Origin: Candidatus Latescibacterota bacterium
GTDB taxonomy: Bacteria > Latescibacterota > UBA2968
Assembly (NCBI GenBank): GCA_965205975.1
Contig: OZ242195.1
Coordinates: 4,864,001-4,928,000, forward strand
Direction of reading: 5' to 3'
DNA length: 64,000 nt
In this document: positions 58,373 through 64,000 of the stretch, piece after piece
Layout of the letters: each line of letters starts with the position of its first letter
Numbering within the stretch: position 1 is the stretch's first letter
Made by a program: the position numbers and the translations under genes
Notes under the pieces: generated by a model
What the model was told of the DNA's origin: nothing
Seen by the model: the letters and a program-made list of their open reading frames with translations, nothing else
The model's database searches: none

Positions 58373-59389
58373 ATGAAAGCGTCTGTTTATCTGGGTCCCG
58401 AGCGGGTTGAATTGCGCGATGTTGCGGAACCCAAACCGGGCGATGATGAGGTGCTCATCAAAGTGGCGCGGGCGGGTTTGTGCGGTACGGATTTGCATAT
58501 TTATCAGGGTCATATGGATCAGCGGGTGCAAATTCCTCTGGTGATGGGACACGAGATGTGCGGTGAGATTGTAGAGGTTCCGAATGATGCCGAGTTCAAA
58601 GTGGGGGAGCGCGTGGTGGTTGAACCCACGGTGGCATGTGGGGCGTGTGCGGCTTGCTGGCGGGGTCATCGACATATTTGTCAGAATCTGGATTTTTTGG
58701 GTATTGACTCTGCGGGGGCATTTCAGGCTTTTTGGAATGCACCACTCGATCGCTTGCACCGCGTACCCCATGCACTGGACGACGATGCCGGCGCGCTTAT
58801 CGAACCGCTTGCAGTCGCTGTCCACGATGTTCGGCGTGCAAAAGTGGAATTGGGCGACCGCGCGGTTGTGATTGGCGGCGGTCCGATCGGGATACTAATT
58901 GCAATGGCGGCGCGATTGGATGGGGCCGAGGTGGTGATTTCCGAAGTGAATCCCTTTCGTTTGGCAAAGGCGAGGGCATTGGGCTTTGAGATTGTGAATC
59001 CATTGGAAACAGATCTTATCGCATATACAGAAGATTGGACCGAGGGTGCAGGTGCAGACCTCGTGTTTGAAGTTAGTGGCAGTGCGCCCGGTGCAAAGGT
59101 CATGACGGAGTTGGTACGGGTTCGCGGGACTATTGTGCTGGTTGGGGTACACGCTGAACCGCCGCCTGTGGATTTACAGCGGTTTTTTTGGCGGGAATTG
59201 CATCTGGTGGGGTGTCGCGTGTACGAACCCATAGATTTTGAGCGGGCAATTCGGTTGGCGGCATCTGGCGCGGTTGATGTAAAAGCACTGATTACAGATA
59301 CGCTGCCACTGGATGATGCGGCAAAAGGATTTGAACAGATGGTGGCGGGTGGCGAGGTGATGAAGGTGCTTTTGGACTGTCAGGCGTGA
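58373..59389 (+). CDS. Zinc-dependent (sugar/polyol) dehydrogenase
   Basis: CGTDLH, GHE, CGACAAC..C, GGGPIG. Confidence 0.93.
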   Translation: MKASVYLGPERVELRDVAEPKPGDDEVLIKVARAGLCGTDLHIYQGHMDQRVQIPLVMGHEMCGEIVEVPNDAEFKVGERVVVEPTVACGACAACWRGHRHICQNLDFLGIDSAGAFQAFWNAPLDRLHRVPHALDDDAGALIEPLAVAVHDVRRAKVELGDRAVVIGGGPIGILIAMAARLDGAEVVISEVNPFRLAKARALGFEIVNPLETDLIAYTEDWTEGAGADLVFEVSGSAPGAKVMTELVRVRGTIVLVGVHAEPPPVDLQRFFWRELHLVGCRVYEPIDFERAIRLAASGAVDVKALITDTLPLDDAAKGFEQMVAGGEVMKVLLDCQA

Positions 59390-59396
59390 TAAAGCG

Positions 59397-59540
59397 CGAA
59401 TAGACGAATAGACGAATAGACGAATAGACGAATAGACGAATGGTAGTACATACTGATACTGACTTACATCATGTCAGCACATGCTTTGGGAGGATGGGCG
59501 GGGTTCGTTGATTCGCAGATTCGTTGATTCGCAGATTCGT
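59397..59540. repeat. Second quasi-inverted 8-mer element: (AATAGACG)x5 - spacer - GGGCGGGG core - (TTCGTTGA/TTCGCAGA)x4
   Basis: Read directly; related to 20637-20757. Confidence 0.9.
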
Positions 59541-59553
59541 AACAGGAGTTATT

Positions 59554-60321
59554 ATGGGAATTTTGGATAAGTTTGATTTGAGTGGTAAGACTGCACTGGT
59601 GACAGGGTGCCGGCGCGGTATTGGTCGCGCTTTTGCCCAGGGGTTGGCTGAGGCAGGTGCCGATATTGTGGGGGTGAGTGCATCGCTGGCGTCGGGGAGT
59701 GAGGTAGAAGGAGATGTCGCGGCATTGGGTCGTAGTTTTCGCCCTTATGCATGTGATTTTTCCGATCGAGATGCTTTGTGGGCTTTTATAGAACAGGTGA
59801 AAGCAGATGTTGCTCAGATCGATATATTGGTGAATAATGCGGGTACGATTTTGCGGGAACCCGCGGCGGATCATCCGGATGAATACTGGGATAAAGTAAT
59901 TGAGGTAAATTTAAATGCACAATTTGTTCTCGCACGCGAGTTTGGCAAAGAGATGGTCGCGCGCGGAGGTGGTAAAATTGTTTTTACAGCGTCTTTGCTG
60001 AGTTTTCAGGGGGGTATTACCGTGCCGGGTTATGCTGCGGCCAAAGGGGGTATTGCGACTTTGACGATGGCACTGTCAAATGAGTGGGCAGGCAAGGGGG
60101 TGAATGTCAATGCTATTGCGCCGGGGTATATTGCAACAGATAATACCGAAGCCCTGCGCAATGATTCTGTCCGTTCCGAGCAAATTTTGACGCGCATTCC
60201 CCAGGGGCGATGGGGGCAGCCGGATGATCTGAAAGGCGCGTGTGTGTTTTTGTGTTCGGATGCAGCCAATTATGTCAATGGTACGACTTTGACTGTGGAT
60301 GGCGGATGGATGGGGCGGTAA
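59554..60321 (+). CDS. KduD-like SDR (2-deoxy-D-gluconate 3-dehydrogenase family)
   Basis: FDLSGKTALVTG, ASLLSFQGGITVPGYAAAKGG, VDGGWMGR. Confidence 0.88.
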   Translation: MGILDKFDLSGKTALVTGCRRGIGRAFAQGLAEAGADIVGVSASLASGSEVEGDVAALGRSFRPYACDFSDRDALWAFIEQVKADVAQIDILVNNAGTILREPAADHPDEYWDKVIEVNLNAQFVLAREFGKEMVARGGGKIVFTASLLSFQGGITVPGYAAAKGGIATLTMALSNEWAGKGVNVNAIAPGYIATDNTEALRNDSVRSEQILTRIPQGRWGQPDDLKGACVFLCSDAANYVNGTTLTVDGGWMGR

Positions 60322-60350
60322 TTAAATAATATTTTAACCGGAGGTTCGAT

Positions 60351-61334
60351 ATGGAATACAGGCCGTTTGGAAAGACCGGGTTGGATGTTTCGGCGATTGG
60401 ATTTGGGTGCTGGGAGCTCGGCGGGAATTATGGTTATTTTGATGAAGGCGAAGTGATTGCGGGTATTCACAAGGCACTGGATTTGGGGATTAATTGTTTT
60501 GATACGGCCGAGGGCTATGGAAAGGGAAAATCAGAGGCTCTGCTCGCGCGCGGGCTGGGGAATCGACGCAAGGATGTGATTGTGGTGACAAAGGTCGGTA
60601 TTGGATATACGGATTCGGGACGGGAAAAGGGGCGCGACAGTCGCAGGGAGCGGATTATGGCGTCGGTAGAGAATAGTTTGCAGTTTTTGAATACGGATTA
60701 TATCGATGTTTATTTGATTCATTGGCCCGATCGGCACACGCCTTTTGAAGAGCCTATGCAGGTGCTGGACGATTTGATTCAGCAGGGTAAGGTGCGTTTT
60801 GGAGGTGTATCGAATTTCAAGGCGGAAGAGATCGATGCGTGCATGAAGACGCGGCGGGTAGATGTGGGGCAATACGGCTATCACATGTTTGATCGGCGTA
60901 TGGAGAGGGATGTTTTTCCATATTGCGAAGCGCACGGCATTGGGATGATGGGATATGGATCTCTGGCGCATGGGCTGCTCGCCGGGGCATTTGATGAGAA
61001 TACGACATTTGACACAGAAGATTGGCGCTCTAAGGGCGGGTTGTTTAATATGCCTTTGTTTACAGAGGAGAATTTTCCACGCAATTTGAAGGTGGTGGAA
61101 GCGTTAAGACAGATGGCTGCGGATCGCGGTACAGCTATATATCACCTCGCGCTGGCGTGGGTGTTGTCCAATCCCGTTATTAGCACCGCACTTGTTGGCG
61201 TGCGTAAACCCGAGGAGGTGGTGTCGAATATGGGAGCATTAGAGTTGACGTTGTCCGAAGACGACAAGTGCGCTATTGATGCGATATTTGAGAAATACGG
61301 GGTGGATACGCGCCCGGATATTTGGGTGGAGTAG
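60351..61334 (+). CDS. Aldo/keto reductase
   Basis: IGFGCW, FDTAEGYG, DYIDVYLIHWPD, GVSNF. Confidence 0.93.
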   Translation: MEYRPFGKTGLDVSAIGFGCWELGGNYGYFDEGEVIAGIHKALDLGINCFDTAEGYGKGKSEALLARGLGNRRKDVIVVTKVGIGYTDSGREKGRDSRRERIMASVENSLQFLNTDYIDVYLIHWPDRHTPFEEPMQVLDDLIQQGKVRFGGVSNFKAEEIDACMKTRRVDVGQYGYHMFDRRMERDVFPYCEAHGIGMMGYGSLAHGLLAGAFDENTTFDTEDWRSKGGLFNMPLFTEENFPRNLKVVEALRQMAADRGTAIYHLALAWVLSNPVISTALVGVRKPEEVVSNMGALELTLSEDDKCAIDAIFEKYGVDTRPDIWVE

Positions 61335-61374
61335 GCTAAAAAGACACAAAGAATGAGGAATGGGCAATCTATAC

Positions 61375-61404
61375 TTGACAAATCAAAGCATGCTGGACTA
61401 TAAT
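61375..61404 (+). promoter_or_regulatory. Consensus sigma70 promoter of the HU gene
   Basis: TTGACA-N18-TATAAT. Confidence 0.8.
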
Positions 61405-61481
61405 TAGGGTATAGCCTTTGACCTATCTGCCAGGGGGCATTAGGTTTGAGATTATAACCATTTTCACAAAGGGAGAGAATT

Positions 61482-61799
61482 ATGTCGCAAGCTGTAACAA
61501 AACGATGGAGCAAAGCCCAGATTGTAAGCGCGATCGCAGAAAGCACTGGTCTGAGCAAAAAGGATGTGGGTAGCGTTCTCGATGGATTGGACAGTGCCAT
61601 TGAAAGCCATGTCACAGCAGGTTCTGTCGGTGAATTTGTGTTGCCCGGTCTGCTCAAAATCAAAAGGGTCGAAAAACCGGCCCGCGTAGAACGAGAGGGC
61701 GTCAATCCTTTCACTGGCGAAAAAATAACAATTGCAGCCAAACCCGCTTCGCAGGGTATAAGAATTTCAGCCTTGAAAAAACTGAAAGACATGGTTTAG
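61482..61799 (+). CDS. HU family DNA-binding protein
   Basis: IAESTGLSKKDV, GVNPFTGEKITIAAKPA, LKKLKDMV. Confidence 0.92.
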   Translation: MSQAVTKRWSKAQIVSAIAESTGLSKKDVGSVLDGLDSAIESHVTAGSVGEFVLPGLLKIKRVEKPARVEREGVNPFTGEKITIAAKPASQGIRISALKKLKDMV

Positions 61800-61827
61800 C
61801 AATTGCCGCATTGTAGGGAACTATCGT

Positions 61828-61865
61828 AAAGCCCAGCCTTTTAAGGTTGGGCTTTTTTATTTTTA
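61828..61865 (+). terminator. Rho-independent terminator
   Basis: AAAGCCCAGCCTT..AAGGTTGGGCTTTTTT. Confidence 0.8.
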
Positions 61866-61968
61866 TAATCACTTTGGGTATATTTTGTGGGACTGGACAA
61901 AATACCGCGAAATGATTACTTTCAAAGTTGAAACTAAAAAGCGATAATCCAATCGCCAAGGAGGCAAA

Positions 61969-62910
61969 ATGCGGCGGTATATTATGGGAGTATGCTTGAT
62001 CTTATTTGGAGTCTTATCTTGCATGGTCGATACAACTGAGGCTGTTGAGGTCGTTCTCAAATCGGGTCGCGTTGTGCGAGGCGAACTGATTCGAGAGACT
62101 GCGACTTCTATTACGCTTCAGCTATCTTCCAGCCGGATCGAAATTTCCAAGTTGAGTATCAAAACAATTGATGGACGTTCTCCTTTTGAACGGCGCAGAT
62201 CCCGTGCGGCAGTATCTTCCGATAGTACAGGTAAAATGGAGGTGCAAATTCCCGCAGGCCATTTTCTCATGGGAGATACCCGAGATAAAAACGCACCTGT
62301 CCACAAGGTTTATCTCGATGCCTACTGGCTTGATACACGCGAAGTCACCAATGCCCAGTACCGCGAATTTGTGACGAGTACAGGGCATGCGGCCCCACGG
62401 TATTGGGGCGAGGTCAAATACAATGGTCCCAACCAACCCGTTGTGGGTGTTTCCTGGAATGACGCCAATGCCTATTGTTCATGGAAGGGCAAACGCCTGC
62501 CCACTGAAGCAGAGTGGGAACGCGCTGCACGGGGTGTACAAAGCCGCCTTTACCCCTGGGGCGACCGTTTTGACGTCACGCGAACAAATACTCGAGAAAC
62601 CCGAAACCGACGTCCGCTGCCTGTGGGAACTTTTCCCGAAGGTGCTACCAGTGAGGGCTTGCTCGATATGTCGGGCAATGTGTGGGAGTGGTGTTGGGAT
62701 TGGTTTGATGAAGGATATTACCGCGTCTCTCTTCTCAATAATCCCACGGGGCCAGAAGCCGGGAAAAAGCGCGTGATAAGGGGTGGGGGCTGGAGTGCTC
62801 CGCACATCCACATGGCCCGACGTCGCGGTGAAAAGCCCGATAAAACCTATCCTTCTCTGGGGTTCCGGTGCGCCAGGTCGGATACTGAAGCGCGGGCGAA
62901 ACAAGAATAA
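61969..62910 (+). CDS. Secreted FGE-sulfatase (SUMF1/EgtB/PvdO) domain protein
   Basis: Signal peptide, EVTNAQY, PVVGVSW, RLPTEAEWE, DMSGNVWEW, GFRCA. Confidence 0.9.
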   Translation: MRRYIMGVCLILFGVLSCMVDTTEAVEVVLKSGRVVRGELIRETATSITLQLSSSRIEISKLSIKTIDGRSPFERRRSRAAVSSDSTGKMEVQIPAGHFLMGDTRDKNAPVHKVYLDAYWLDTREVTNAQYREFVTSTGHAAPRYWGEVKYNGPNQPVVGVSWNDANAYCSWKGKRLPTEAEWERAARGVQSRLYPWGDRFDVTRTNTRETRNRRPLPVGTFPEGATSEGLLDMSGNVWEWCWDWFDEGYYRVSLLNNPTGPEAGKKRVIRGGGWSAPHIHMARRRGEKPDKTYPSLGFRCARSDTEARAKQE

Positions 62911-62920
62911 TAAGGTGAAT

Positions 62921-62951
62921 AAAAAAAAGCCGCTGATCAGCGGCTTTTTTT
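62921..62951. terminator. Bidirectional terminator
   Basis: AAAAAAAAGCCGCTG-AT-CAGCGGCTTTTTTT between convergent genes. Confidence 0.8.
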
Positions 62952-62974
62952 GGGAATGACCATTTGGGAAATTA

Positions 62975-63394
62975 CTACAGGTCGAGGTCGTCCAAACCCT
63001 CCAGTTCATCCAATACCTCGTCTTCGCCCACCACGGTATTCGACTCTCGAATGACAACGAGAATCGAAGCCTGGGGCACAATGAGATATTTTTCTCCTTC
63101 AAAAGAGATCTCCATCGCGGCTTTTTGTAAAAATAAGGCAAAATCTCCTTCCTCAACTTGCAGGGGCAAATATCGCGTTTCTTTTGGCGTATTGCGCCAG
63201 GGTTCATCGTCTTCGGGCGTTTCTGGCAGTGGGAGACCAGGCCCTGTGGCCATAATGCGACCACTCTGTACTTCCTCTTTTTCGACCACGGTTTGAGGCA
63301 AATAAAGCCCCACTTTGGTTCGCTCTTCCAAATCTTCCCGCTTGACCAAAACGCGGTCGCCAATAACGACGAGTTCTTTGTTTCCTATTTGCAT
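62975..63394 (-). CDS. GroES/Cpn10 family co-chaperonin, stand-alone
   Basis: IGDRVLVK, TKVGLYLP, ATGPG, PLQVEEGD. Confidence 0.85.
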   Translation of the reverse strand: MQIGNKELVVIGDRVLVKREDLEERTKVGLYLPQTVVEKEEVQSGRIMATGPGLPLPETPEDDEPWRNTPKETRYLPLQVEEGDFALFLQKAAMEISFEGEKYLIVPQASILVVIRESNTVVGEDEVLDELEGLDDLDL

Positions 63395-63509
63395 TGCATT
63401 TTCTCGCTCAATGAGTTCCGCATATATCCAAACAATTGTGTGTCAAACTTAAAAAATTGTATCGCAAGTGTCAACTATTTAGAGAAAGAACAAATTCAAT
63501 AATAAAATC

Positions 63510-63538
63510 TTGACAAATGGAAGGATAAGGCATATTAT
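63510..63538 (+). promoter_or_regulatory. Sigma70-type promoter
   Basis: TTGACA-N17-TATTAT; a second extended -10 TGATATACT at 63554-63562. Confidence 0.7.
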
Positions 63539-63544
63539 TTTTCA

Positions 63545-63744
63545 CCGTGTATGTGATATACTTTTGATTATGGAGCCGTTCCATGTTGTTTTTTGTGCCA
63601 ACAATGCAAATGTCGATGCCCGTCGTTGTACGGGCTACACGTGTTGTACATTCCCATTGCGAGCAGGAGCATGGATAGCGGATCATTTTAGTCGTTTGCA
63701 TTATGAAACAAAGCCGTTGGAATGTTCCGTTCCAGCGGCTTTTT
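63545..63744 (+). ncRNA. Candidate structured ncRNA (rod-like, possibly 6S-like) or holB leader
   Basis: Bounded by promoter and terminator; nested pairings TCCATGT/GCATGGA, AATG/CATT, GCCCGT/ACGGGC. Confidence 0.4.
63710..63744 (+). terminator. Rho-independent terminator upstream of holB
   Basis: AAAGCCGTTGGAA..TTCCAGCGGCTTTTT. Confidence 0.75.
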
Positions 63745-63759
63745 ATATGAGAGGCGATA

Positions 63760-64000
63760 TTGAAACGGGTGATTGGACAGGGGCGAGCGGTTCGGTTTTT
63801 GACCGAATTGATTGAAAGAGATCGAGTCCCGCACGCGCTGTTGTTTTTGGGCACTTCTGGTACGGGTGCTGTGGCGGCGGCATTGGATTTTGCGCAGGCG
63901 TTGCATTGTCGGAAAGATGGTGCTGTGGCCTGTGGGCATTGTGCCGAATGTCACAAGGTGACAAATCTCAATCATCCGGATAGTACGCTGCTCTTTCCTT
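63760..64000 (+). CDS. holB: DNA polymerase III delta' subunit (5' part, runs off the window)
   Basis: Hand translation from TTG: MKRVIGQ...RVPHALLFLGTSGTG...LHC...ACGHCAEC...NHPD. Confidence 0.85.
   Translation, partial: MKRVIGQGRAVRFLTELIERDRVPHALLFLGTSGTGAVAAALDFAQALHCRKDGAVACGHCAECHKVTNLNHPDSTLLFP

Noticed and set aside
61969..62910. FGE-type protein as a DGR target or as the sulfatase-activating enzyme
   Set aside because: No reverse transcriptase or template repeat in the window; the catalytic Cys pair after RGG is absent
63510..63815. 101-aa ORF and overlapping minus-strand ORFs upstream of holB
   Set aside because: Begins at the -35 box, crosses a terminator, and has no protein-like features

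Overview
64 kb of bacterial chromosome, mostly housekeeping and metabolic genes. These include the aceE-aceF-lpdA pyruvate dehydrogenase operon, ilvD, mug, hflX, topA-xerC, a UbiA-family gene with ubiX, a DnaQ-DinG fusion, a RelA/SpoT homologue, HU, a partial holB, tRNA-Arg(ACG) and tRNA-Glu(CTC), plus many PhyH dioxygenases, SDRs, Gfo/Idh/MocA enzymes and a sulfatase. This gene mix and the paired EF-hand/dockerin-like C-terminal domains suggest a Latescibacterota/Gemmatimonadota-like, possibly sponge-associated, organism (inference only). Three small accessory patches stand out: (i) 2.4-6.9 kb, an Rpn nuclease with an internal start, toxin-antitoxin debris, an HhH-GPD fusion and an AAA-PD-(D/E)XK protein; (ii) 14.0-15.3 kb, an AT-rich Panacea antitoxin/PemK-like pair with its own promoter and operator next to tRNA-Glu; (iii) 40.7-41.3 kb, an internally deleted higB, intact higA and an orphan antitoxin-like ORF. 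Notable non-coding structure: two copies of an element built from quasi-inverted 8-mer arrays, a MITE-like element, REP-like hairpins and a promoter-terminator-bounded rod-like candidate ncRNA upstream of holB. Two enzymes look catalytically degenerate (the RNase II-like protein and the RSH synthetase domain). No CRISPR array, rRNA, reverse transcriptase or phage genes were seen. All family assignments are from motif recognition by eye, not database searches.
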